Shown: positions 20,845 to 31,223 of the stretch, piece after piece
Layout of the letters: each line of letters starts with the position of its first letter
Numbering within the stretch: position 1 is the stretch's first letter
Assembly: GCA_963668355.1 (NCBI GenBank)
Contig: OY764265.1
Coordinates: 576,001 to 640,000 of the forward strand
From: Bdellovibrionota bacterium
Lineage (GTDB): Bacteria > Bdellovibrionota_G > JALEGL01 > DATDPG01
Direction: 5' to 3'
DNA length: 64,000 nt
Made by a program: the position numbers and the translations under genes
Notes under the pieces: generated by a model
What the model was told of the DNA's origin: nothing
What the model saw: the letters and a program-made list of their open reading frames with translations, nothing else
Databases searched by the model: none

Positions 20845-23283
20845 ATGCATACGATTTGCCCGAAATGTCAGTCTGACTTTGAGGTCGTAGAGGATCTCAT
20901 TCAACAGGATCGGATATTTGGCCGATGTCCCTTCTGCGATACCAAATATACGTTTCTTTCAGAGGAATTCGCCCATGGTGGGCCCCGAGTTGTTTTTGAC
21001 GAAGAGCGCGTTCAAAAAAGAGTGTGTATTCAATGTTCGAGAGAATTTGAGAGCATTGAACAAGATGCCGTTCCCATATGTCCTCTATGCAAAGGCGAAA
21101 CCAAGAAGGAAACCAAACCTTTGCGAAGAAAATGGCAAGTGATTCGATCAGGTCGGTCGATTGACTATGAATCCGAAGCGGAAATTAAAGAGGCCATTGC
21201 CCACGGGGAAATTCGTGCCACAGACATTTTGGTTTCCCCAGATCAAACGCAAAGGGCCGCGAAGGAACACGCGCCGTTTGAAGCTCTGTTTAGATCTCAA
21301 TTGGCCAAAAAGGACAAAACCCGAAATTCCACGATTCTCATCTCTCGTCGATATCGATCCGCAAATTTTCTCTTCAAAATCTCCATCTACTTCGTCGTTC
21401 TGACCTGTTTATCTTGGTTTGCGTATCGTTTTTTCACCTACCATGAAGACATCAACGAGAGCGAACAAATCCTCCAAATGTTGGCCCAAAACTACGCTTT
21501 GGAAGTGCCCCCACCAACAGAGGACTTCACAAGCCTATTGGAAAAAGCTTACAAAGAAATCTCCTTGGATCGACAAGAGGGATATCGCGACGCGCTAACC
21601 ACGTTGAAACAAGTATTGATCACTCAACCCAAGCTTCCGGAAACGCTTGGCCGAATTGCTGAAGTCAATGCATTCGTTTCAGGCTCCGGATCGGACCACA
21701 AGACAAAACTAAAGGCTTTGGAGTTGGCAGAGCTGGCAATTCGTTTATTTCCCAAACAACCCCAAGGCTATCTGGCAAAAGTGAGAGCAGCCTTGAGTGC
21801 AGAAAACTTTGAAGGTGCCGGACAAGCTCTTGAACGAGCAAAGGCCTACGCTCCAGATCACCCCAGGGTTCGCCTGGCCGAAGGGGCTTTTCTCCTGGCC
21901 TCCAATCAAAACCGAGAACAACTCGAACAGGCCATTCAAATTCTTTCCACGCTCTTGCAAGTCACGCCTCCCCTTTTAGAGGTCTACGATCTCATTGGTC
22001 AGGCACATATTCTCTTACACGAACCCGCTCAAGCCGCTTCGGCCTTCGAGCAGCGTCTTTCCCTATCTCCGGATGATCCGAAAGCACTTTATCGCATGGG
22101 TCAATTGGCCGAACGCTCAGGCAATCTTTCTGCAGCGAAAGAGTGGTTTCAAAGGGCTTTGCGAGAAAGTGCATCCATCGTAGGCGCTCGGCTTCACTTA
22201 GGTTTGATTTACCATCGTATCGATGACGATCCCCAATTGGCTGAAAAGCATTTTCAATACATTTTGAAACGCTATCGATCCTATGCCTCCCTGGAACAAA
22301 TATTTGATGCACAACAAGAACTCGCCAGGATCTACGCAAAACAAAATGAGACAAAAAAACTAACTCAGTTGCTGAAGGATCTTCCTCTTCTTCTGTCTGA
22401 AGACCCGCGATTCGTTCAGATCAAAGCCTTTATCCTCTTGCATTTAAACCAAACTCAGAACAGCATCCGTCTACTCACAGATCGACTGACTCAACATTCC
22501 GGAGAAATTGAAATTGAGGAAACCTTGGGACTGGCTTTGGCCAAAGAACAAAACTGGGAACCTGCAATCAAAGCTTTTCGAGCCGCCATTAAGATCGACC
22601 CGAAAAATTTATCTGCCTACTTAAATTTAATTTCGATGTTGGTTCAAAATCAACGCTTCGACGAGGCATTGGATGTCGCTAACGCGGCCTTTTCCAGAGC
22701 CGGAACGGACGCATCTGAAATGTTCTATCAACCCTTTTCGGAAACCTCTCCACCTCCGGTATGGACGACGTTGCTCCCTCAATTTCAGATCTTGATAGAG
22801 AACCGTCCCCTCGCTTCCGTTTCCCACGGCATCATGGGCCTCTGCCTTATGCGAAAGGGGATTTCTCAAGAAAATGACGGAGATCTTCAACGGGCCATCA
22901 CCTTTCTCCGAAAGGCCAGAGATTTAGACAAAGGCTCAGAGCTGGCTCACTTTTTCATCGGAAGAGCCCACTTCGCCCAAAAAAATTGGAACCTGGCTCG
23001 CATCGCATTTCAAAGTGCCCAAAATGTGAATCCCATCAGTCCCTTAAGCCGTTTTTGGCTCGGACAGACCCTTTATAAAATGGGACGATTCGACTCTGCG
23101 GAAAAAATCTTCAAAACGTTGGAGAAAGACCCCTCTTTCGCCTTTCGAGCGAAAACAATCATGGGGCTGATTGCCCACCGAGAAGACAAAAAGGAAATGG
23201 CTCAAGCCTATTGGAAAGAAGCCTTAAGCCTTGAGCCCCTTTACAAACCCGCTTGGAAAGCGATCTTGGAAAATCGCTCCTAA
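20845..23283 (+). CDS. Zinc-ribbon / GYF-like / TM / periplasmic TPR protein
   Basis: CPKC..CPFC and CIQC..CPLC pairs, WQVIRSG...EIKEAIAHGEI segment, single TM, many TPRs. Confidence 0.75.
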   Translation: MHTICPKCQSDFEVVEDLIQQDRIFGRCPFCDTKYTFLSEEFAHGGPRVVFDEERVQKRVCIQCSREFESIEQDAVPICPLCKGETKKETKPLRRKWQVIRSGRSIDYESEAEIKEAIAHGEIRATDILVSPDQTQRAAKEHAPFEALFRSQLAKKDKTRNSTILISRRYRSANFLFKISIYFVVLTCLSWFAYRFFTYHEDINESEQILQMLAQNYALEVPPPTEDFTSLLEKAYKEISLDRQEGYRDALTTLKQVLITQPKLPETLGRIAEVNAFVSGSGSDHKTKLKALELAELAIRLFPKQPQGYLAKVRAALSAENFEGAGQALERAKAYAPDHPRVRLAEGAFLLASNQNREQLEQAIQILSTLLQVTPPLLEVYDLIGQAHILLHEPAQAASAFEQRLSLSPDDPKALYRMGQLAERSGNLSAAKEWFQRALRESASIVGARLHLGLIYHRIDDDPQLAEKHFQYILKRYRSYASLEQIFDAQQELARIYAKQNETKKLTQLLKDLPLLLSEDPRFVQIKAFILLHLNQTQNSIRLLTDRLTQHSGEIEIEETLGLALAKEQNWEPAIKAFRAAIKIDPKNLSAYLNLISMLVQNQRFDEALDVANAAFSRAGTDASEMFYQPFSETSPPPVWTTLLPQFQILIENRPLASVSHGIMGLCLMRKGISQENDGDLQRAITFLRKARDLDKGSELAHFFIGRAHFAQKNWNLARIAFQSAQNVNPISPLSRFWLGQTLYKMGRFDSAEKIFKTLEKDPSFAFRAKTIMGLIAHREDKKEMAQAYWKEALSLEPLYKPAWKAILENRS

Positions 23284-23342
23284 TTTTCCTTCTTTCAAAG
23301 GCCCCAACCCCCCTCTTCTTTGTGAAAAATCCAGCGAACCTG

Positions 23343-23371
23343 TTGACTTGAAAACAAACTCCCAATACGTT
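23343..23371 (+). promoter_or_regulatory. Putative sigma70 promoter of purD
   Basis: TTGACT-17 nt-TACGTT, ending 10 nt before the purD ATG. Confidence 0.5.
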
Positions 23372-23381
23372 TCGCTCCATC

Positions 23382-24662
23382 ATGAGAATACTCCTCATTG
23401 GCAGTGGTGGACGCGAACACGCACTTTGCTGGAAACTGGCCCAATCTCCCCGGGTCGAGAAAATCTTCACCGCCCCCGGAAATCCCGGCACCGCTCAAAT
23501 CGAAAAGAATGAAAACATTTCCATCGCCACAACGGATTTAGATGCTCTCTTGGGTTTTGCTTCGACCGAAGGCATTGATTTGACCGTTGTAGGACCCGAA
23601 CAGCCTTTGGCCGAAGGCATTGTGGACCGATTTCAACAGAGAGGCTTGCAGATTTTTGGCCCCACCCAAGCGGCAGCCCAACTTGAATCATCCAAACAAT
23701 TTGCAAAAAACCGAATGGATGAAGCCGGAGTTCCCACTGCGAAGTATCAAGTCCTTACATCCAACGAAAACGCCCAGATTTTCCTTCAAAAAAATGCCAG
23801 CTACCCCATCGTCCTAAAAGCCGATGGATTAGCTGCGGGGAAAGGGGTCTCCATCTGTCAATCCCGTGAAGAAGCCGAAGACTATGTCCGGCAGGTCATG
23901 GAACAAAAAATCTTCGGTTCCGCCGGAGCCAAAATCGTGGCCGAGGAGTTTTTAGAAGGCCCTGAAGTTTCTTTTTTCGTGTTGGCCAATGGAAGAGAGT
24001 TCTTGGCACTGACTTCCGCCCAGGACCACAAAGCCCTGGAAGAAGGCGACAAAGGTCCAAACACCGGAGGAATGGGAGCCTATTCTCCAACCCCTCTCTT
24101 CTCCAAAGAACTACAGAATCAGGTCGAACAAACCGTTGTGACGCCCCTCCTCAACCATATGGCGGACCGTGGAACACCTTTTCTTGGAGTCTTGTACGTT
24201 GGACTCATTCTGACTGCGGAAGGTCCCAAGGTTTTGGAGTTCAACGTTCGCTTTGGAGATCCCGAAGCACAGGTGGTTTTGCCTCGCATCCATACCGACT
24301 TTGCGGAACTTCTTCTTCACATTACGAGGGGACAGGTCAGAAACGCGAACGCAATATGGAGCATGGAGTCGGCGATGACGGTTGTTTTAGCAGCAAGCGG
24401 CTATCCCCTTTCTCCACGAAAAGGAGACCCCATTCTAGGTTGGGATCAACCTCAAACGCACGCAACCTTATTTCATGCCGGAACCCGTCTGGAAGGCAAT
24501 CAATTGATAACCTCTGGAGGACGAGTTCTATGCGTTACCGGAACGGGCGAAACGCTTGAGGAGGCTGCCAGAAACACGTATGCCGGCGTGGAACAGATCC
24601 AATTTGAAGGAAAAACATTTCGCCGAGATATTGGGTGGCGAGTTTTAAAGGAGAAAACATGA
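23382..24662 (+). CDS. purD: Phosphoribosylamine-glycine ligase
   Basis: IGSGGREHAL, KADGLAAGKGV, GPNTGGMGAY, EFNVRFGDPE. Confidence 0.97.
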   Translation: MRILLIGSGGREHALCWKLAQSPRVEKIFTAPGNPGTAQIEKNENISIATTDLDALLGFASTEGIDLTVVGPEQPLAEGIVDRFQQRGLQIFGPTQAAAQLESSKQFAKNRMDEAGVPTAKYQVLTSNENAQIFLQKNASYPIVLKADGLAAGKGVSICQSREEAEDYVRQVMEQKIFGSAGAKIVAEEFLEGPEVSFFVLANGREFLALTSAQDHKALEEGDKGPNTGGMGAYSPTPLFSKELQNQVEQTVVTPLLNHMADRGTPFLGVLYVGLILTAEGPKVLEFNVRFGDPEAQVVLPRIHTDFAELLLHITRGQVRNANAIWSMESAMTVVLAASGYPLSPRKGDPILGWDQPQTHATLFHAGTRLEGNQLITSGGRVLCVTGTGETLEEAARNTYAGVEQIQFEGKTFRRDIGWRVLKEKT

Positions 24663-25156
24663 AAAAGTCAGACAATCTTTGGATCATTTTAGGCAGCACG
24701 AGTGACTTGCCAAATTTTGAAGATGCCAAACAGGTTTTGGAACAACTCAAAATCCCATATGACATTAAAATCATGTCTGCCCATCGCACGCCTAGTTTGC
24801 TCAAAAACACGCTCGCCAAATGCCCCAAAAGCGTCAAAGTCATCATTGGTGGAGCGGGAGGTGCCGCACACTTAGCAGGTGTCATCGCATCGCACACCTT
24901 AAAACCAGTGATTGGCGTTCCCATGCCTTCCAAACTGGACGGCGTGGACAGCTTCGTCTCAACTTCTCAAATGCCTGCGGGGATTCCGGTAGCCACCATG
25001 TCCATTGGAAAAGCGGGTGCCACCAATGCCGTTCTTTTAGCGGCTCAAATCATCGCTCTGGAAAGTCCAGCCATGTTAAAGCGCTTGAAAGATCATCGGA
25101 AAAAAATGGCCGCGAAAGTACGTCGGGCCAATCGGTCGCTTCAAGCCAACGCCTGA
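24659..25156 (+). CDS. purE: N5-CAIR mutase
   Basis: GSTSD, SAHRTP, GAGGAAHLAG, QMPAGIPVAT; RBS AAGGAG. Confidence 0.95.
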   Translation: MKKSDNLWIILGSTSDLPNFEDAKQVLEQLKIPYDIKIMSAHRTPSLLKNTLAKCPKSVKVIIGGAGGAAHLAGVIASHTLKPVIGVPMPSKLDGVDSFVSTSQMPAGIPVATMSIGKAGATNAVLLAAQIIALESPAMLKRLKDHRKKMAAKVRRANRSLQANA

Positions 25157-25743
25157 TGATCGATCAAGCCCTCGAACATTTGCGATCGGGGGGCGTAATC
25201 GCCTACCCCACAGAAACTTTTTATGGCCTCGGAGTGGACATCTTCAATTCGAGCGCGTTGGACCGATTGAAAGCCCTAAAAGGCAGGGAGGCCCTCAAAC
25301 CGTTTCCGGTCTTGCTCGATGACGTGAAGACGCTTTCTCGAATCGGTGTCGAACCTCCTCCTCAAGCAGAAATATTCATTCGCCATTTTTGGCCAGGCCC
25401 CTTAACGATTGTCATGCACGCCCCCAATCTCCCTCTCGCCCTGGCGAATGAAGGGCAAGGGGTGGGCTTTCGCATATCCGAGCATCCCATCGCCACGCAA
25501 TTGGTGTCACGTTTCGGATCCCCCATTACCACCACCAGCGCCAATCTTTCCGGAGCACCTCCAGCCAGAAGCGAAACCGAAATTCGAGCGTGTTTTTCTC
25601 AAAACGAAGTTTTTCTCGTTCCGGGCGGAGAACTTTCTCCAGACACGCTCCCCTCCACGGTCATCGAATTCGTTTCCCAAGAAAAATGGGTCATCCATCG
25701 AGAAGGAGCCATTTCTTCCCACACGCTTCACGCTCTCCTGTAA
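25156..25743 (+). CDS. tsaC: L-threonylcarbamoyladenylate synthase (TsaC/YrdC/Sua5 family)
   Basis: GGVIAYPTETFYGLG, LKGR, FWPGPLT, TTTSANLSG; ATG overlaps the purE stop. Confidence 0.9.
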   Translation: MIDQALEHLRSGGVIAYPTETFYGLGVDIFNSSALDRLKALKGREALKPFPVLLDDVKTLSRIGVEPPPQAEIFIRHFWPGPLTIVMHAPNLPLALANEGQGVGFRISEHPIATQLVSRFGSPITTTSANLSGAPPARSETEIRACFSQNEVFLVPGGELSPDTLPSTVIEFVSQEKWVIHREGAISSHTLHALL

Positions 25744-25753
25744 GATAAACGGC

Positions 25754-26986
25754 ATGGCGGATGTTCATCCTTTTCGAGGCCTTCACTACAATTTCAAAAA
25801 CAAGAGTGAAATGGAAACCCTCTTGGCTCCTCCCTTTGATTTGATTCCATACGATCAAAGGCAAAAACTGCTTTCGCTCAACTCTCGGAATGTGGTCCGG
25901 CTCATTCTGGGAGACATTTCCACATTTCCCCCAAACACTTCTCCAAAAATGCTGCATGAAGAATCGGCAGCCCTTATGAATCGCTGGAAAGAGGAGAGGG
26001 TGTTGGTTCAAGACGAAGCCCCTTCCATGTATTTGATTGAAGATCATTTTTCTTGGGGCGGAGAAACTTATATCCGAAAAGGATTGTTTTTAACGGTTTC
26101 CCTTGAGCCCTTGGGAAAAGGAAAGATTTTACCTCACGAACAAACCCTACAAGGCCCCATAAGAGAACGTTTCGGCCTCCTTGAGAACACGCTCGCGCAC
26201 CTTAGTCCCGTGTTCATGACCTTTCACGATCAAACAAATGACTTTCAGTCTTTTCTCACAAATGACCTCAAACTTAAGTTGATGACCGACTTCGTCGACC
26301 AAAACACGCAAACCCGTCATCGCCTTCATCAGATCTTCGACGAAACCTCCCTCAAAGCCATTCAGAACTATTTCCACGATCATTCCTTTTTAATTGCCGA
26401 TGGACATCATCGATACACAACGGCCTTCGAATTTAGCCAAAAACATCCTGAATTGGCTGAAGCCCATCGAATGATGATTTGTCTGGTTTCTTCTTCGGAT
26501 CCAGGCTTGATCCTGGGATCGATCCACCGCGGAATTCAAACCTCCCTTTCCCAAACCGACATTTTCGAAAAACTTTCCTCCATGGCTACCATCGAACCCA
26601 TGACCCCCTCTTGGAGGGCGTTTGAAAAATCGGAGGCCCCTCTGGCAATATTGGGAAGAAATCAAGCGTGGAGCATCAGCCCCCATGATCATTCAAGAGA
26701 TGACCTGCACCATTCTCCCACGCACTTATTCAATGAAATGATTTTGGATCGCATCTTAAATCTAAATGTCGCGACAGATGATTTTCTCCAGACCGTCTCT
26801 CTCCTCCATAGCCCCGAAGAAGCACTGAAAGCAGGAGAACAAGAAGCTCAGTTTGGGTTTTGGCTCAAGCCCATGACCATTCCGGAAGTCATGACGGTCG
26901 CCCAAAAAGGATTTCGCCTTCCGCAAAAAGCGACCTTCTTTTGGCCCAAAATCATGAGCGGCCTTCTCTTCCATTCCCTGGACTAG
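25754..26986 (+). CDS. DUF1015-family protein
   Basis: MADVHPFRG, PPFD, ILPHEQT, IADGHHRY, LPQKATFFWPK. Confidence 0.85.
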   Translation: MADVHPFRGLHYNFKNKSEMETLLAPPFDLIPYDQRQKLLSLNSRNVVRLILGDISTFPPNTSPKMLHEESAALMNRWKEERVLVQDEAPSMYLIEDHFSWGGETYIRKGLFLTVSLEPLGKGKILPHEQTLQGPIRERFGLLENTLAHLSPVFMTFHDQTNDFQSFLTNDLKLKLMTDFVDQNTQTRHRLHQIFDETSLKAIQNYFHDHSFLIADGHHRYTTAFEFSQKHPELAEAHRMMICLVSSSDPGLILGSIHRGIQTSLSQTDIFEKLSSMATIEPMTPSWRAFEKSEAPLAILGRNQAWSISPHDHSRDDLHHSPTHLFNEMILDRILNLNVATDDFLQTVSLLHSPEEALKAGEQEAQFGFWLKPMTIPEVMTVAQKGFRLPQKATFFWPKIMSGLLFHSLD

Positions 26987-27010
26987 CCCTCAGGCTATAT
27001 CTATAACCCG

Positions 27011-27141
27011 AGAAGGAACCACTCAACGCCTCGTTCTGGACAAAACCGATACCTCGGGGGAGGTTCCCTCCCCCCCGGACCTTCGGTCCGGCTCCCCCCC
27101 ACACGGTTTTGCTCAGAACGAGGCATTTCGCGTTTCCTTCT
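27011..27141. repeat. Nested inverted-repeat element (REP/MITE-like or structured RNA)
   Basis: AGAAGGA/TCCTTCT, GCCTCGTTCTG/CAGAACGAGGC and CAAAACCG/CGGTTTTG nested stems enclosing two GC-rich hairpins; between convergent genes. Confidence 0.7.
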
Positions 27142-27237
27142 TATTTGTAAATTTTAATAAGTGAAAACATTCCCTGTCCCAGAAACAAAAGCGTTCAAGG
27201 GTGGCGGGCAGAAAATCGGTTTTTTCATTTCCCAGTT

Positions 27238-28215
27238 TTAGGAAAAGTACTTTTGAAAATTTTTGGCAAAGTAGGTCAAAATTCGATCTGCACCCGCACG
27301 TTTGATGGATGTGAGCATCTCTCGAACCGCAGGCTCTTCTTTGATCCACCCTTTTTCAGCAGCCGCTTTGATCATGGCAAACTCACCGCTGACGTTATAA
27401 GCAAACACAGGCACATCATACGTAAGCTTTGTCTCATGAATGATATCCAAATAGGCCAAAGCAGGCTTGATCATCACCATGTCGGCCCCCTCCTGAAGAT
27501 CGGCTCCAATCTCTCTCAAAGCCTCTCGCTGATTTCGAGGATCCATTTGATATCCCTGTCGATCTCCTTTTTGAGGCGCACAATCAGTCGCATCCCGAAA
27601 AGGACCGTAAAAGGAAGAGGCGTATTTGGCCGAGTAAGAAAGAATTGGGATATGCGAAAATCCCTTCTCATCCAAGGTTTGTCGAATGGCCCAAACTCGA
27701 CCATCCATCATATCGGAGGGCGCAACCACATCCGCACCCGCCTGAGCATGAGATAAGGCTACTTGGGAAAGCACCTCCAACGATGCATCGTTATCAATAT
27801 CGTCCTCACCCATCACACCACAATGCCCCGTATCCGTATACGCACACAGACACACATCCGAAATGACTGAAATATGTGGATAATTCTTTTTGATGAAACG
27901 GATGGCCTCTTGCGCAGAGCCCTGACTCGCATAGGCTCCAGAAGCTTTTCCATCTTTCTTCGAAGAGTCTGGCATTCCAAAAACAATTACAGAACCCACC
28001 TTAGCCTCCGCCAAGGCATCCATCTCTTGACTCAGAAGATCGACAGACCAACGAAAAATGCCTTCCATGGACGGAATGGGAATCTGCTGTCCCTTTCCAT
28101 CTTGAACAAAAATGGGTTGAATCAAATCCTCAATGCCAACCGATGTCTCAGCCACAAGATCCCGAAGTTGGGAAGTTCGACGCAGACGTCTACCCCTGAA
28201 GAATTGATGATCCAT
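27238..28215 (-). CDS. hemB: Porphobilinogen synthase
   Basis: DVCLCAYTDTGHCG, APSDMMDGRV, SSFYGPFRDA, MIKPA, AYNVSGE; start taken at MDHQFFRGRRLR. Confidence 0.97.
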   Translation of the reverse strand: MDHQFFRGRRLRRTSQLRDLVAETSVGIEDLIQPIFVQDGKGQQIPIPSMEGIFRWSVDLLSQEMDALAEAKVGSVIVFGMPDSSKKDGKASGAYASQGSAQEAIRFIKKNYPHISVISDVCLCAYTDTGHCGVMGEDDIDNDASLEVLSQVALSHAQAGADVVAPSDMMDGRVWAIRQTLDEKGFSHIPILSYSAKYASSFYGPFRDATDCAPQKGDRQGYQMDPRNQREALREIGADLQEGADMVMIKPALAYLDIIHETKLTYDVPVFAYNVSGEFAMIKAAAEKGWIKEEPAVREMLTSIKRAGADRILTYFAKNFQKYFS

Positions 28216-29011
28216 TTTGCTTTTTCCTTTCATAATCAACCATAGATCGCACCAGGTCTTCTCCGCTGGGCGTCTCGGCCACGACCGTAGCCTCCAAGCC
28301 CCATTCTTGCAAGGTTCCTTGCGTAACTTTCCCAATGGCCGCAATCCGAATGGAAGCCTCTTGAAACCATGAGGCCATTTTTTCTTTCGAAGCGACTTCC
28401 ATCAAAGAACGTACGGCAGACCCCGAAGCAAACGTAAACCAATCCACGCTTTCTTGATCCCTCATTAACTTTTGAATCTGGCTTTGGCCCAAAGGATCTG
28501 AAACCGTTTCATATACGGAAATCTGGGAGACCTTCGCTCCTTCTTGCTCCAAGCCCTCAATCAAAACGCTCCGCCCTTCCTTGGCTCGGGGAAACAAAAT
28601 CTTTTTCCCTTTCACAGAAACCTTCTTCAGAATTTCATCGCGCAACTCTTCTGCGGCATGGGCATTCTTCGGGACGATGTCCACTTTCAAACCATATCTT
28701 TCCAATTCTTCAGCCGTTTTCAAACCGATTGCCGCAATCAACGCTCTGGAAAAACTCGAAACAGCGTTTTGCTGTTTCACGCGTTCCACAAAAAAGCGAA
28801 CGGTGTTTCGACTTGTAAAAACCATCACCGAGAAAAGAGACAGGTTTGAAATCGCACGGTCCACTTCTGACCAATCTCCAGGAGGATTGGTTTTGATGAG
28901 TGGAATTTCAAGGGGCTCGGCCTTTTCCTTGCGCAATAAATGTTTCAATTCGGCCATTTGGCTTGAAGAACGAGTCAGAACAACCTTCTTCCCTGCCAAT
29001 GGAAAGCTCAA
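28190..29011 (-). CDS. hemD: Uroporphyrinogen-III synthase
   Basis: LAGKKVVLTR, VFTSRNTV, AIGLKTA, VYET, FASGSAV; position in the hem operon. Confidence 0.9.
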   Translation of the reverse strand: MSFPLAGKKVVLTRSSSQMAELKHLLRKEKAEPLEIPLIKTNPPGDWSEVDRAISNLSLFSVMVFTSRNTVRFFVERVKQQNAVSSFSRALIAAIGLKTAEELERYGLKVDIVPKNAHAAEELRDEILKKVSVKGKKILFPRAKEGRSVLIEGLEQEGAKVSQISVYETVSDPLGQSQIQKLMRDQESVDWFTFASGSAVRSLMEVASKEKMASWFQEASIRIAAIGKVTQGTLQEWGLEATVVAETPSGEDLVRSMVDYERKKQNGSSILQG

Positions 29012-29934
29012 ACAGCAAACCCCTTTTTCAGAAAAGATAAAATCTCGGCACCCCCTTGGGCAAGCAACTCATCCGCCATTTTTTCGGCAAGGACCTGTGA
29101 ATCCTCCCAGTCTGATTGATCCTCAATCTCAATGTACTTTGAACCGTCCGGCATCGACACAAAACATTTCATATGGAGAGAGTCACCACCATCTGTGGCA
29201 AAACAACCCATGGGAACTCGACACCCTCCCTCGACTTTTGCCATGAAGGTTCGATAGGCCATCGCCAACACATGCTTTCGAGAATCATTACAGGCGTTGA
29301 CAATCCTTTTCACCTCTTGATCTCCATCCCGAGAGGTTATCGCCAGCATGCCTTGACCAATGGCAGGAATAAACACGTTTGGGTCCAAATACTGCGTCAC
29401 CTGATCCTCAAATCCCATCCGCAAAATGCCGGCCGCGGCCAAAATAATGGCATCATAATCCCCACTTCTTAGTCGCCCCAATCTCGTATCCAAATTTCCT
29501 CGCAAAGGAGCAAGGTTTAACTGGGGGAAATGCTTTCCAACCAGAGCTTGACGGCGAAGGCTGCTGGTGCCTACCACGCTTTCTTCTGCGAGTTCATCCA
29601 ATTTCCGCCCATTCCTTGAGATCACGACATCTCGTCCATCAACACATCCAGTAATGGCAGAAAGAAGAATCCCTTGCGGAAGTTCCGACGGAAGATCTTT
29701 TAAGCTGTGAACCGCCAAATCAATCGTTCCATTGAGAAGGGCATCATCCAGCTCCTTGGTAAAAATTCCCTTGGTGCCAATTTCTCCAAACTTGGCGCTC
29801 ATATTCTGGTCACCCGTGGTGGTCAACTGAACCAGCTCGAATGAAGAATTTGGATGTTTCTCTCGAAGATGCTGTTCAACCCATTTTGTTTGGCTGACCG
29901 CCAAACGACTGGCCCTCGTTCCAATTTTGATCAT
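29008..29934 (-). CDS. hemC: Hydroxymethylbilane synthase
   Basis: IGTRASRLA, KGIFTKEL, AVHSLKD, GTSSLRR, RGNLDTRL, EGGCRVP. Confidence 0.97.
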   Translation of the reverse strand: MIKIGTRASRLAVSQTKWVEQHLREKHPNSSFELVQLTTTGDQNMSAKFGEIGTKGIFTKELDDALLNGTIDLAVHSLKDLPSELPQGILLSAITGCVDGRDVVISRNGRKLDELAEESVVGTSSLRRQALVGKHFPQLNLAPLRGNLDTRLGRLRSGDYDAIILAAAGILRMGFEDQVTQYLDPNVFIPAIGQGMLAITSRDGDQEVKRIVNACNDSRKHVLAMAYRTFMAKVEGGCRVPMGCFATDGGDSLHMKCFVSMPDGSKYIEIEDQSDWEDSQVLAEKMADELLAQGGAEILSFLKKGFAV

Positions 29935-31223
29935 CTCTTCTCTTCCTTTTTCTCTTCTCCGGAAGAAAGTGAAAACAACTTTTCCAACAAAACCGTCTTC
30001 TCCTCAAGTGTATGAGACGAATTCGAATCTTTGAGAAAGTGTATGGGACCATGGAGAAGCTTTCGAACCAAAGCGGACGTCAAAGCCTCAACCTCTCCTC
30101 TTAAAGGTTCCGAAAGACTTTCGGCTCTCCTTTCAAACCGGCTCACTTCTGACCGACGCATGACTTCACATTTTTCGATAAGTTTTGCAAGAACTGGATC
30201 GGCTTGCATGACCTGCGAGGTCTCCATAAACCGACTCATTTCTTCTTGCACAATTTTTTCAGCTTTGTCTGCCTCATGAACACGTAAATCCATGTTCTCT
30301 TTCACAACGGCTTTCAAATCATCAATGTTATACAGGTAAACATCTTCAAGCTCGTGTGCGGAGGGATCGACATTGCGGGGAACAGAAATATCGATAAAAA
30401 AGATGGGGCGCTGGCGTCGTTTTTTCATGAGAGACTCAACCATTGCCTTCTTCACAAGGTACTCTCTGGAGGCTGTTGAAACAATCACAACATCGACATC
30501 TTCCAAATATCCTTCGAATCGATTCAACTCTAGAGGAATCCCTTTAAACTCCTTAGCCAAATCCACCGCTCGATCATAGGATCGATTGGCAAAGAGCAAC
30601 TCCTGGACTCCCTTTTGAGTCAGGTGGCGTGCCGCAAGCTCAGCCATTTCCCCAGCTCCTAAAAGCATCACCTTCCGTCCCTCCAGTCGACCGAAAATGC
30701 GTTGAGCCAAATCTACGGCCGTTGAACTGACCGAAACCGCCTGTTTTCCGATATCCGTTTCGGTTCGCACCCGCTTAGCGACGGAAAAGGCCTTTCGCGT
30801 AAGTCTTTCAAAAAAAGGATCCAAGAGAGCCTGTTCGCGTGCCCAGGTCACCGCTTCCTTCACTTGGCCCAATATTTGAGGTTCACCCACAATCATAGAG
30901 TCCAAGCTGGAGGCCACTCGAAACAAATGGGTGACCGCATCTTTGTTCTCTTTGCGATACAAATACGACTGCATTTTTTGAAAATCTTCCGAAACAAGAT
31001 TCAAAAAAACATCTTCGGCTTCGGGAAAAAGTTCTGACGAGGGTTTCCCAGACAAGTACAGTTCAACCCGGTTGCAGGTAGATAGAAGAAATCCGGAACT
31101 CTTCTTTCGTGTTCTTAAAAATTCTTGAAGAATCTCTTTGGAACAAAGTTGACCAAAATCCACCTTTTCACGGACTTCAATCGGAGTGCTTTCATGACTA
31201 ATCCCGATTAGGACCAGATCCAC
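29931..31223 (-). CDS. hemA: Glutamyl-tRNA reductase
   Basis: LSTCNRVE, SLDSMIVGEPQILGQVK, GAGEMA, DISVPRNV; start uncertain (31223-31235). Confidence 0.96.
   Translation of the reverse strand: MDLVLIGISHESTPIEVREKVDFGQLCSKEILQEFLRTRKKSSGFLLSTCNRVELYLSGKPSSELFPEAEDVFLNLVSEDFQKMQSYLYRKENKDAVTHLFRVASSLDSMIVGEPQILGQVKEAVTWAREQALLDPFFERLTRKAFSVAKRVRTETDIGKQAVSVSSTAVDLAQRIFGRLEGRKVMLLGAGEMAELAARHLTQKGVQELLFANRSYDRAVDLAKEFKGIPLELNRFEGYLEDVDVVIVSTASREYLVKKAMVESLMKKRRQRPIFFIDISVPRNVDPSAHELEDVYLYNIDDLKAVVKENMDLRVHEADKAEKIVQEEMSRFMETSQVMQADPVLAKLIEKCEVMRRSEVSRFERRAESLSEPLRGEVEALTSALVRKLLHGPIHFLKDSNSSHTLEEKTVLLEKLFSLSSGEEKKEEKR

Noticed and set aside
24820..25753. Long overlapping N-terminal extensions of tsaC and DUF1015 (also hemB and ptrB) in the ORF track
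   Set aside because: Family motifs begin at downstream ATGs that abut the preceding stop codons; the extensions overlap real genes
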